Shown here: positions 9,361 to 19,412 of the stretch, one piece after another
Layout: each line of letters starts with the position of its first letter
Numbering within the stretch: the first letter of the stretch is position 1
Origin: Candidatus Bathyarchaeota archaeon
GTDB taxonomy: Archaea; Thermoproteota; Bathyarchaeia; Bathyarchaeales; Bathycorpusculaceae
Reading direction: 5' to 3'
DNA: 64,000 bases
Assembly (NCBI GenBank): GCA_963715865.1
Contig: OY970280.1
Location: 1,504,001 to 1,568,000 of the forward strand
Made by a program: the position numbers and the translations under genes
The notes under the pieces: generated by a model
Seen by the model: the letters and a program-made list of their open reading frames with translations, nothing else
What the model was told of the DNA's origin: nothing
The model's database searches: none

Positions 9361-9778
9361 CTACGATGTCACAGGTAAATTGTGGTTTAACGCTTAATTT
9401 ATGATGGAAAGATTGCATGAGCAGCGAAAACGTTTTAAATGGAAACATGTCCAAGCCCTATGCTGGAGATAATAATTTGAAAAAAACTCCGCTCTTCGAG
9501 TTCGAAGTGCCCAGCTACAGAAAACGCCCAGTCGGACTCGCAGCAAATCATAAACAATCAAGGTAAAGAAATACTTGAGGCGCATCAAGCCTAAGTGTTG
9601 CTCAAGTTAGCTGTTTTGCTCAAACTTTTGCGGAAAATTGTTTTTCTTTTCAAGCAAACCAACGTCACAAAGAAAACTGCTATTATTAGCGCTGGTAATG
9701 TCCGCTGGAATGGTAAAACATATATTAATTAGTTGTTAACGAAATACTTCTTAATAGTGCTGAACGAGGAATAAAAAT

Positions 9779-10780
9779 TTGGTTTCTCTAAGAGCATTAG
9801 CCCCATCATTAACAAGAATAACAATTGCTGGAGCCGTAGGTGCTGCTTTGCATGTCGGTCAAGGCGACTGCGACTTAATCGACGCAAACGCCGTTCAATA
9901 TTCAAGAGCAGTCCTTGCCCAAACAGATGTTGAAGGAGAAGTAATCTGCTGCGAAGGACCCAAAGACAATGCACCATCATTTGGATATAGAGAAAAAGTG
10001 GGAACAGGCGGAGGACCCAAAGTAGAGTTCATTATTGACCCGGTTGACGGAACCACAGCTGCCAGCAAAGGCAGAAAAGACGCGATATCTGCATTGGCGT
10101 GTGCACCAGCAGGATGCTTCCAAGTTTTACCCGACGATGGCTACTACTTCAAAATTGCCACAGACTACCATTCCATAGGCAAAATATCCATGGACATGTC
10201 AATTGAAGAAATCGTGCGTACAGTGGCCCGCGAAAAAGGTGTCCCCGTATCCAACTTTACCGTTATCATGCTGGAACGCGATAGACACGCTGAAATGCTG
10301 AAAACTCTCAGAAAACTCGGCGTAAGAATCATACTTATTCCAGACGGCGACATTGCTGGCGCAGTAGTCTCATGCATTCCAGAATCAGGTGTTGACTTGC
10401 TTTTAGGTGCAGGTGCTGGTCCAGAAGCCACCATTGCCGCTACAGCCGTAAAGTGCCTTGGCGGAACAATGCTTGTTAAGGTTTGGCGAGAAAAAGACGA
10501 CTCGGCAAGAATGGAACGCCTAAAAAAAGAAGGAGTAGACATAGACAAAACTTACAGCCAAGATGAACTGGCAAAAGGCAAAGAGCTCGTGTTTGCGGCT
10601 TCAGGCGTTACAAAAGGAGAACTTTTAGATGGCGTACGCTTGATTCCTGAAGGCGCAGTTGTGCATTCTATTTGCATGAGGTTGCCAAGCGGAACGATAG
10701 AGAAGTCGGAAACAACGCTGCGTTTTAAGGGACACCCTGTGTATGAGCAGTTTGCCGTGAAAAAAACTCTTAAAGCATAA
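9779..10780 (+). CDS. glpX: Class II fructose-1,6-bisphosphatase (GlpX-like)
   Basis: IDPVDGTT, LIPDGDIAG, GAGPEATIAA, FAASGVTKGELLDGV motifs. Confidence 0.82.
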   Translation: MVSLRALAPSLTRITIAGAVGAALHVGQGDCDLIDANAVQYSRAVLAQTDVEGEVICCEGPKDNAPSFGYREKVGTGGGPKVEFIIDPVDGTTAASKGRKDAISALACAPAGCFQVLPDDGYYFKIATDYHSIGKISMDMSIEEIVRTVAREKGVPVSNFTVIMLERDRHAEMLKTLRKLGVRIILIPDGDIAGAVVSCIPESGVDLLLGAGAGPEATIAATAVKCLGGTMLVKVWREKDDSARMERLKKEGVDIDKTYSQDELAKGKELVFAASGVTKGELLDGVRLIPEGAVVHSICMRLPSGTIEKSETTLRFKGHPVYEQFAVKKTLKA

Positions 10781-10851
10781 AATTGCGCTTCTAGTTCCAA
10801 ATTGCTTTTTTCCAAGTTTAGCATTAACATTAAAGTAATTGGTTTTAAAAA

Positions 10852-12808
10852 TTGAACGAAAAAACCTGCATAGAAAAGCCAAAGCAAAAAGAAACAGCAG
10901 AACATGGAAAAAAACGTGTAATGATTTCTTTTGCCGTTTTACTAGGCTTAACTGTTGTTATAGGTGGTCTGCTTGACTTTTTCTTTGCAGGAGTTTCCCT
11001 TGGCTTTATCATACCAATTATAAACGTTAAAGCAACTCTCAGTGCGATTTTGTATTATGTTTCGGTTCTTTTTGCTTCCATGTACATTGGCGTAATGGGT
11101 CTGAGAGAGCTGTTTGTTGAAAGAAGATTTTCAGTTGAATTTTTAATGGCTGCCGCAGCATTAGGAGCCTTGTACCTAAATGCACGATTCGAAGCGGCAA
11201 CTGTACTGTTTCTTTATTCTGTCGCCGAGTATTTTGAAGGCTACATTGAGGATAGAGCGCGCCGAACGGTTGAGAAACTATCAAAGTTCATGCCAGACCA
11301 AGCTAGAATCATAGCGGATGGAAACGAAAAGAACGTTAACGTCAACGAAGTCGAGCCCAACATGACTTTGCTTGTGAGACCAGGCGAACGGATACCTTTA
11401 GATGGCAATGTTGTTGAGGGTTTCTCACATGTTGACCAAGCCGTAGTTACTGGTGAATCTGTGCCTGTGACTAAGAAAGTGAACGATTGCGTTTACGCTG
11501 GCACATTAAACATGAGTGGCCCTCTAAAGATTGCTGTCACAAAAAAGGCCAGTGAAACTCTTGTCTCGAGAATTATGGTGCTTGTGGTTGAATCGGGCAA
11601 ACGAAAAGCATCCATAGAAAAACTTGTTGACCGGTTCGCGAAAGTTTACGTTCCAATAGTTGTTGTATTAGCCGTTTTAACCGCTGCTTTGCCACCGTTG
11701 GTGGCTGGCATGTCTTTTAACGTGTGGTTGTACCGTTCGCTTATTCTTCTTGTGGTTTCTTGCCCAAGCGCCTTCATCATTTCTGTTCCCGCAACAGTCT
11801 TTGTAGCGATAACGATTGCGGCTAGAAGAGGAGTAATAATCAAAGGCGGAATCTACGTTGAAAAATTAGCCAAAGTAAAAAGAGTCGTTTTTGACAAAAC
11901 AGGCACATTAACGCTGGGAAGACCAGCCGTTCATGAAGTACGGCTTGTAGAAAGAACTGAAGCAGGAAGCGTTGGCTTACGCTGCTGCACTCGACCAGTT
12001 TTCAAATCACCCCGTCGCTCAAGCCATTGTTAGACGCGCCACGGAAAGAGGCGTTGACCTAAGCAAGTTCAAGGTAACCGATGTCACGGAGGTTCCTGGG
12101 AAAGGCATTGTTGGCAATGTTGACGGGAATTTTGTGGCGGTTGGCAACTTAGAGTTGATGAAAGAGTTCGGTTGTAACTGCAAGGAAGCCTTTGAAATCA
12201 CTGAAAATGACACCCATACTTCAGTTTGTGTTTCTGTCGGTAAAGAAGGGTTGGCTGCAGTTTGCGTTGTGGATCAAGTTAGGGAAGATGCCCTCAAAGC
12301 AGTGAGCGATTTGAAAAAAAACGGCATAAAAACCGCCATGTTAACTGGCGACAGAGCAGAGATTGCCAAGGAAACAGGGGACATCTTAAAGATTGATGAG
12401 GTATACGCGGAACTGTTTCCTGAGGATAAACTGAAATGTATTGAAGAGATGAAGGGTAAAGACGGACTCGTAGCAATGGTCGGCGACGGCGTGAATGATG
12501 CTCCTGCCCTTGCCGCTTCAGACGTTGGCGTCGCCATGGGCGCAGCTGGAGTTGATGTTGCCCTAGAATCCGCGGATGTGGTGTTGGTAAAAGATGAGTT
12601 GGCGCAAATTCCATACCTGATTAAGCTCAGCGATAAAACAATGGGAATAGCTAAGCAAAATATTGCGGCATCACTTGTCATAAAATTAATTTTAGGAGCT
12701 TTAGGAGTATTTGGCGTGACAGGTTTGCTGGCAACTGTGATTGCCGGTGACGATGGGGTTACAATGCTCCTTTTGCTAAATTCGTTGCGCCTTGAAAGAA
12801 TAAAATAG
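10852..12808 (+). CDS. Heavy-metal P1B-type ATPase, split by a +1 frameshift near 11962-11966
   Basis: TGES, SCPS in the metal-binding helix, DKTGT, HP, TGD and GDGVNDAP lie across two overlapping frames; removing one G rejoins them. Confidence 0.88.
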
Positions 12809-12889
12809 TTTGTTTCGCAGAGTTGACCGAAGACTTCCCTTGTTATTTTATGAAAAATTAATTAAGCGAAAATAATAGTCAGATGAGTC

Positions 12890-13387
12890 ATGCCTAAGAC
12901 TTATCCGAAGACGCATCCTAAAAATACCAAGCCGAAGAAGACTCAGCCTAAGGCTCAACCAAAACCAGTAAGCCTAATGACACGCAAATCTTATTGGATA
13001 ACGCTGACGTCAGTCATACTGGTTTTTACTTTTGTTTATGGATATTTAATGAAAATTTCTGTGGAAAAAGAAGCATTGATATTGGGTAGTATTCTTTTGG
13101 TGATATGCTTTGCATTCTATATAGGGTTTAAACCTTCCACTAGTTACAAAAAGAGAGCAACATTCATTTTTGTTGGAGCATCCATCGTTGGCTTCAGCAT
13201 TTGGGCTGTAATGGTGCTTTCCTTTAACGCAACGGGGATTAACTCGCAAATCGCAAGTTCGATAGGTGACGACTCCTTTGCCATAACAAGTCTAATAATC
13301 TGCTTGACTTTAGGAGCATTCATCGGCGACTTGATAGGCAAAAACAGAGAAGCACTACGGCTTTTTGCTGACAAATTCAGAAACTAG
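12890..13387 (+). CDS. Hypothetical membrane protein (basic N-terminus, ~4 TM)
   Basis: 165-aa ORF with a K/P-rich N-terminus and four hydrophobic stretches. Confidence 0.68.
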   Translation: MPKTYPKTHPKNTKPKKTQPKAQPKPVSLMTRKSYWITLTSVILVFTFVYGYLMKISVEKEALILGSILLVICFAFYIGFKPSTSYKKRATFIFVGASIVGFSIWAVMVLSFNATGINSQIASSIGDDSFAITSLIICLTLGAFIGDLIGKNREALRLFADKFRN

Positions 13388-13512
13388 CTTGCCTTTCTCT
13401 GCGTCTTGAAAGGATAAAATAACTGCTTTTAGGCTATATTCTGCCACAGAAACTTTAAGAGCACAATCAGTTAGCATCTTTTCAAAACACATTAAGCAAG
13501 GACAGACCTGCA

Positions 13513-14391
13513 TTGAAATTTGGAATAATGACGCGGAACATGGAAGCATGGAGCAGCACGCAAGTTCGGGAAGCCCTAACTAAACGAGGCATCCCATACG
13601 AATGCTTCACTTTTCCCAAACTGGTCGCAAGGCTCGCGTACAAACCCTACTTCAAAGTTAACGGCACCAGCATCCTTGACGATTTAGATGCACTTATTAT
13701 CCGTCCAATTGGGCGCGGTTCACTTGAGGAACTGGTTTTCCGAATGGACATGCTCTACAAACTTGAACGCCAAGGCTTCTACATGGTGAATCCGCCAACC
13801 GCAATTGAACACTGTGTCGATAAATATGATATTTTAGCCATCCTTGAGGACGAAGGCGTTCCTGTACCACGTACATTAGCCACTGAAAGCGTAAACGAAG
13901 CGCTAAAGGCTTTTTCTGAACTAGGCGGCGACATCGTGGTTAAACCAATTTTCGGTTCCAGAGGACAAGGCGCAACACGCATAGTTGACGCAGACATCGC
14001 CGACACTGTTTTCAAAGCAATAACCTTCCATCACGGCGTAATCTACATGCAAGAATTCGTACCTCACGGGCACTCTGATATACGTGCATTCATAATAGAT
14101 AGCCGAGTAGTCGCATCCATGCGCCGCGTAGCTGAAGGCTGGAAAACCAATTACAGTCGAGGAGCCAAACCAGCACCAGCAAAAATCAGCAAAGAATTCG
14201 AAGAATTAGCCATAAAATCAGCAAAGGCTGTGGGCTGCAAAATCGCGGGCGTAGACATCCTGGAAGGACCAGAAGGACCACGCATCGTAGACGTAAACAG
14301 TCAGCCTGGATGGAAAGGTTTGCAGGCGGTAACGAAAGTCAACATTGCCGAAGAAATAGTTAACTTTATGTTATCTGAATTGAAAAAGTAA
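13513..14391 (+). CDS. RimK-family ATP-grasp alpha-L-glutamate ligase (MptN/CofF-like)
   Basis: VVKPIFGSRGQG, YMQEFV, DIRAF, WKTNYSRG, GVDIL, VNSQPGW. Confidence 0.87.
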   Translation: MKFGIMTRNMEAWSSTQVREALTKRGIPYECFTFPKLVARLAYKPYFKVNGTSILDDLDALIIRPIGRGSLEELVFRMDMLYKLERQGFYMVNPPTAIEHCVDKYDILAILEDEGVPVPRTLATESVNEALKAFSELGGDIVVKPIFGSRGQGATRIVDADIADTVFKAITFHHGVIYMQEFVPHGHSDIRAFIIDSRVVASMRRVAEGWKTNYSRGAKPAPAKISKEFEELAIKSAKAVGCKIAGVDILEGPEGPRIVDVNSQPGWKGLQAVTKVNIAEEIVNFMLSELKK

Positions 14392-14393
14392 AC

Positions 14394-15393
14394 CTATTTT
14401 CCAGAAAGAATCAATGTGTAAGGGTCGTCGGCAACCTGTGGAAAAGGCGCTTCTTTTCCCGTTTTAATTAGAACGCGTTCTTTATTTTCCGTGAATTCAC
14501 CCAAAAAGCAGGCCGAAAGTCCGTTCTTGCTCAATGTGGCTTTGACTTTTTCTTGAGCTTGAGCATCAACCGCCGCCAAGATTGTGCCTGTTGAAGACAT
14601 CGCCAACACCTGATTATCATTAAACTTAAAGTAATCTTGCAAAGCTAACATTTCCTTGCAAACCGGTATTTTTTCCCAATTCACCCTAAAGCCCACTTTT
14701 GATGCTTCAGCCAACTCGTTTAGCGCTGCTACGAATCCTCCTTCTGTAGCATCATGCATGGCATGGACACCGCTTATTTCAGCCAGTTGCAAGGCTTCCT
14801 TTACGCAACTTTGCATGCGAACCTGATTAGAAAGTTTTTCTTGCTGCTCAGCTCCGAAGAGTTTTTGCGCTAGCGCCTTGTGAGTTAACGAGAAATTTGT
14901 GATTGTTTCTAAACCAAGCGGCTTAGTGCATAATATTAGGTCTCCTGGCTTAGCGTTTCCGGGCGTAATCAACTTTTCTGGTTGTACCGATTCCATAAAC
15001 AGTTGCGACGCCAAGCAAATCTGAAAGGCTATCATACATGCCTGTGTGTCCTCGAACGATAGCTATGTCCAATTCGTCTGCTGCCTCGCATGTTTGCTTC
15101 ATTATTTTTTGGAAAGTTGCTGGTTTAGTTGATTTTGGTCCCAAGAGGTTAATGGTGCAGAATTCTGGTTTGGCTCCGGATAGCGCAACGTCTGAAGCTG
15201 CGTAATTGATTAGTAGCCAACCGAACCATTCTTCTGGGACGCCAGTGCATGGGTCAGTCGCTACTACTACGTACTTGCCATCTAAGAGGTGAACGCCTGA
15301 ATCGTAGCCAACCATGGGCGGAATAATAACTCGCGAATCCTTCTTTATGCAGCTTAAGAGCGTCTTCAGTTCTTTGTTAGGTAGTTTTCCCAT
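14394..15393 (-). CDS. AIR synthase-related (PurM/ThiL/HypE superfamily) protein, frameshift near 14990-14994
   Basis: ATDP, SDVALSGAKP, IVRGHT in the 5' frame; AKPGDLI, AMHDATEGG in the 3' frame. Removing one base gives VYG(S)VQPEKLITP. Confidence 0.85.
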
Positions 15394-15406
15394 GTTTCCG
15401 TAAACC

Positions 15407-15964
15407 TTACATGTAAATGTTTAGTGTCTTGCTTTTTTGCAGTAGGAAAATTGCAAATGCACAGATTATAATGCTTGGCACCATGTAGATTGCGTTATAT
15501 GATGCGGAGTAAACGACTGGGCTCATACCTGCTGGTGCGTACTGGGGAAAATAGATGACACCTGAAACGAAGTGAGATATGAAACGGCCTGTCCCACCAA
15601 CAACGACGCCGACAACCGGGCCAACAACTTTAAGTTTTCGGAAGAACCCGGCAAGTCCAAGGCAAGCGAACGCCAATGGATAATCAAGGATAAATTGAGC
15701 AGGATTAACAACGAAAGGCTCAATCGCAAGGTCAACCACGCCAAGCACGGCGCCTGCAAATATGCCTATTTTTGGTCCTCTTCTAAGCGCCAGCCAAAAG
15801 ATAGGCACCATCCCAAGGTTAATTGAGCCCCCTTGAGGCAGGCTGAAGAAGGAGTGGCTAACCAGAGCTAATGCTCCTGCCATTGCAACAAATACAATTA
15901 TTTCTGCAAGTATCTTGGTTGAGAAAATATTATTATTTTTAGTCGGTTCAGTTTGATGTTTCAC
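15407..15964 (-). CDS. thiT: ECF thiamine-specific S component
   Basis: PQGGSINLGMVPI, RRGPKIG, QFILDYPLAF, RFISHFVSGVIYF, YSASYN; lies directly below a TPP aptamer. Confidence 0.9.
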   Translation of the reverse strand: MKHQTEPTKNNNIFSTKILAEIIVFVAMAGALALVSHSFFSLPQGGSINLGMVPIFWLALRRGPKIGIFAGAVLGVVDLAIEPFVVNPAQFILDYPLAFACLGLAGFFRKLKVVGPVVGVVVGGTGRFISHFVSGVIYFPQYAPAGMSPVVYSASYNAIYMVPSIIICAFAIFLLQKSKTLNIYM

Positions 15965-15969
15965 TTTTT

Positions 15970-16066
15970 TTCCCTCCGCCAGTATTATCTGGTTCAGGTT
16001 CTAAGGGTCGACAGCACATTAGCCGTCCTCTCAGCCGGGTCATTTTCCCAGCTCCCCGAGACCTTA
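15970..16066 (-). ncRNA. TPP riboswitch aptamer
   Basis: Minus strand: CGGGGAGC-(P3 hairpin)-GCTGAGAG-(GACGGC/GCTGTC hairpin)-GACCCTTAGAACCTGAACCAGATAATACTGGCGGAGGGA. P2-P5 pair well; P1 looks weak. Confidence 0.88.
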
Positions 16067-16129
16067 TTGATGGGATAATGTTTTTAGGTTATATTTTAGT
16101 TTTCCTACCGTCAACAATAACGAGTAGGA

Positions 16130-18602
16130 TTGATTAACATGCAGCCTATGCCTAAAGAATACAACTTTGCAGAAATAGAACGAAAATGGCAGCAGAAATG
16201 GGAAGAAATGGGTATCTACCATTACGACTGGAACGACAAAAAACGCGTTCCCTACAGCATAGACACTCCACCGCCCTATCCGTCAGGCGAATTGCACATG
16301 GGCAACGTTTTGAACTGGACCTACTTTGACATGGTAGCACGATACAAACGCATGCAAGGCTTCAACGTGCTCTTCCCGCAAGGCTGGGACTGCCATGGCT
16401 TAGGCATAGAAATCCAAGTTGAAAAAACACATAACATACGCAAACGTGACGTTCCGCCAGACCAGTTCCGCAAGTGGTGCATGGAGCTGGTGGAAAAATA
16501 CATTGCCATGATGAAAGAAGGCATTCTCAAGCTGGGCTGCAGCATAGATTGGACAACAGAGTACCGCACAATGGATCCAGATTACTGGAGACGCACGCAA
16601 TTAAGCTTCATTTTGCTCTACAAAAAAGGCTACATGTACCAGGGCACGCACCCAGTGAACTGGTGCCCCAGAGACGAAACCGCCATCGCGGATGCTGAAG
16701 TAGATTATCAGAAACGCGAAGGCATACTGCATTACATCCGTTTCCCATTCGAGGGCACAGGCGAGTACGCGTTAATCGCAACTTCCAGACCAGAGTTTAT
16801 TCCTGCATGCGTCGCCATCGAAGTCAATCCCAAATGACGAGCGATACAGCAAGTACGTTGGCAAAAAAATCGTTGTACCAATAGTCAACCGTTCCGTGAC
16901 GGTCATCGCTGACGAATGCGTTGATCCCGCCTTTGGCACTGGAGTAGTCATGATATGCACCTACGGCGACAAAGAAGACGTTAAAACAGTCATCAAGCAC
17001 AAGCTTCCCGTCATAATGCTTCTCACCGAAAATGGACGCATTAACGAGAACGGCGGCAAATACGCTGGCTTAACAATAAACCAAGCACGAGCAGCCATAG
17101 TTGAAGACCTCACGGCAGCTGGGTTGCTTGAGAAAACCGAGAAAATCATGCAGGAAGTAGGCGTTTGTGACCGCTGCAAGACTCACGTGGAAATCCTTGA
17201 GCGAAAACAATGGTTCATGAACACCCGCAAATTAACCGACGCCGTAGAAAAGACAGCGAACGAGATAGCTTGGTATCCTGATTACATGAAAAACCGCTTA
17301 ATCGACTGGGCAAAATCGCTCGATTGGGACTGGGTAATAAGCCGCCAACGTCTTTTTGCCACACCGATTCCAGTTTGGTACTGCAAAAACTGCGGCGAGC
17401 TAATCCTAGCCGAAGAGGACTGGGTTCCAATAGACCCAAAACTGGAGAACCCACGCATAAACAAGTGCCCAAAATGCGGCGGCAAAGAGTTCACTGGCGA
17501 ACAAGACGTTTTCGACACCTGGATGGATTCATCAATAACATGCGCTGTTCATGCTGGCTGGCCTGACAGGGCAGATTGGAAGCATCTTTTCCCAGCGGAC
17601 GTTCATCCCTCAGGCACCGATATAATCAGGACTTGGGCGTATTACTTGATGGTTCGGCACTTGGCGCTTTTTGATGAGAAGCCGTTCAAGAGTTGTCTTA
17701 TCAACGGCATGGTTCTAGGTTCTGATGGCAGAAAGATGAGCAAATCGCTGAAGAATTATGCTGCTGCGCCTGAAGTGCTAAACAAGAACGGAGCCGATGC
17801 TACTCGCCAATGGGCCGCTGGTGGTGGAGCAACAGGCTCCGACATTCCGTATCGTGCTCAGGATGTGGAGTATGGCAGGCGTTTCTTGGTTAAGTTGTGG
17901 AATGTTTCAGGTTTCACGAGTAAACTCTTAGCTGACTATGAGCCTAGTGTACAGGCTGATTTGGAGCTTCAGCCGCTAGACAAGTGGATTATTAGCAAAG
18001 CCGAAAACTTAACAAAAAAGGTGACCGAGGCTTTTGAAAAATGCCAGTTTAACATTGCTGTTGAAGATATCCGAAATTTCACATGGCACGTTTTCTGCGA
18101 CTATTACGTTGAAGCAGTGAAAGATAGGCTTTACAATCCTGACTTGCATGGTCAAGCGAAACGGTTGGCAGCTCAGTACACACTCTACGAGGTTCTCTAC
18201 CGCGTGTTGCAGTTGCTGGCGCCTGTTACTCCACATTTGACTGAAGAAATTTACCAGCACATGTTTGCAGAAAACAAGGGCTTTGAAAGCTTGCAGATTT
18301 CGCCCTGGCCCCAGTTCAATTCGGCACTTGTGAATGAAGAAGCAGAGAAGAACGGTGACTTGATTATTGCTGTTATCAGCGAAGTGCGGCATGATAAGGC
18401 AGAGAAGAAGTTGCCTCTTAATGCGCCAGTTAAAAACTTAATCATTTACGCTGGCAGTGATGAGAACGCGAAAGTTATCCATTCAGGCAGCGCAGACATT
18501 GCTGGAACCTTAAAGGTTGCAAACATCCAAGTTCTCCCTGAAAAGCGGTCTGAAGGACGTCAAGTCAGTCCTTATGACGTTTACATCAGAGCGGAATATT
18601 AA
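16130..18602 (+). CDS. valS: Valine--tRNA ligase, split by a +1 frameshift at 16832-16834
   Basis: DTPPPYPSGELHMGN (HIGH), GWDCHG, FGTG, DWVISRQR and KMSKS. CCC-AAA-TGA would read CCC-AAT-GAC without one A. Confidence 0.95.
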
Positions 18603-18612
18603 GGTGCAAAGC

Positions 18613-19365
18613 ATGACCGAAAACAAAGAAAAAAAGAAAGTGGGACTGATAGGTTGCGGCGCAATTGGCACTGTACTAGCAGAAGCTATCGAACGAAAAC
18701 TAGTAGTCTGCGACGAGTTGGTTGTTTACGACTTTGACGCTTCAAAAGCGCAGAAGCTCAAGAGCACACTCAATTTTCCTGTCACAATTGTTGAAAGCGT
18801 TGATGAATTGCTTGCTTTAAAGCCCAAGGTTATTGTGGAAGCTGCGTCGCAGCAGGCAGCTAAAGATTATGTTCCAAAAGTTGTTTCTGCAGGAATCGAG
18901 CTAATTGTAATGAGTACAGGCGCATTGTTAAGTTTGAATGTTGATTTAAGTAGGGTTCATGTTCCTTCAGGTGCTATCGGCGGCTTAGATGCACTTTCCA
19001 GCGCGGCTTTAGCTGGGATTAACGAGGTAGTTTTGACTTCACGCAAGAATCCGAAAGCTTTAGAGACTGACAACAAAGAAGAAAAAATTGTTTACGAGGG
19101 CTATGCTGAAGAAGCCGCTAGGCTGTTTCCAAGGGAAATGAATGTTGCCGCCACTTTAGCGTTAACTGTTAAACCAGCCAAAGTGAAAGTACGAGTGGTT
19201 TCTGATCCGTCGGTTAAACGAAACACCCACGAGATTCAAGTTAAATGGCGGTTCGGTGAAATGTTTTTGCGTTTTGCGAACGATCCTCACCCTGAGAATC
19301 CACGTACAAGCGCATTGGCTGCATGGTCTGCCATTAAATTATTGCAGTCTCTTTTGAAAACTTAA
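18613..19365 (+). CDS. nadX: L-aspartate dehydrogenase (NAD biosynthesis)
   Basis: GCGAIG Rossmann motif, EAAS, PSGAIGGLD, FPREMNVAA, NTHEI, NPRTSALAA; ATG at 18613. Confidence 0.85.
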   Translation: MTENKEKKKVGLIGCGAIGTVLAEAIERKLVVCDELVVYDFDASKAQKLKSTLNFPVTIVESVDELLALKPKVIVEAASQQAAKDYVPKVVSAGIELIVMSTGALLSLNVDLSRVHVPSGAIGGLDALSSAALAGINEVVLTSRKNPKALETDNKEEKIVYEGYAEEAARLFPREMNVAATLALTVKPAKVKVRVVSDPSVKRNTHEIQVKWRFGEMFLRFANDPHPENPRTSALAAWSAIKLLQSLLKT

Positions 19366-19412
19366 TGCTAACATGATTGAAAATTAAAGATAAAGAAAAA
19401 AGGAAAAATGGT

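Noticed and set aside
9394-9600. Small ORFs between the radical SAM gene and glpX
   Set aside because: All frames are short, with no motif or clear SD.
16832-16837. Programmed ribosomal frameshift in valS
   Set aside because: There is no heptameric slippery site or obvious stimulatory structure, and similar one-base indels in four unrelated genes favour sequence error.
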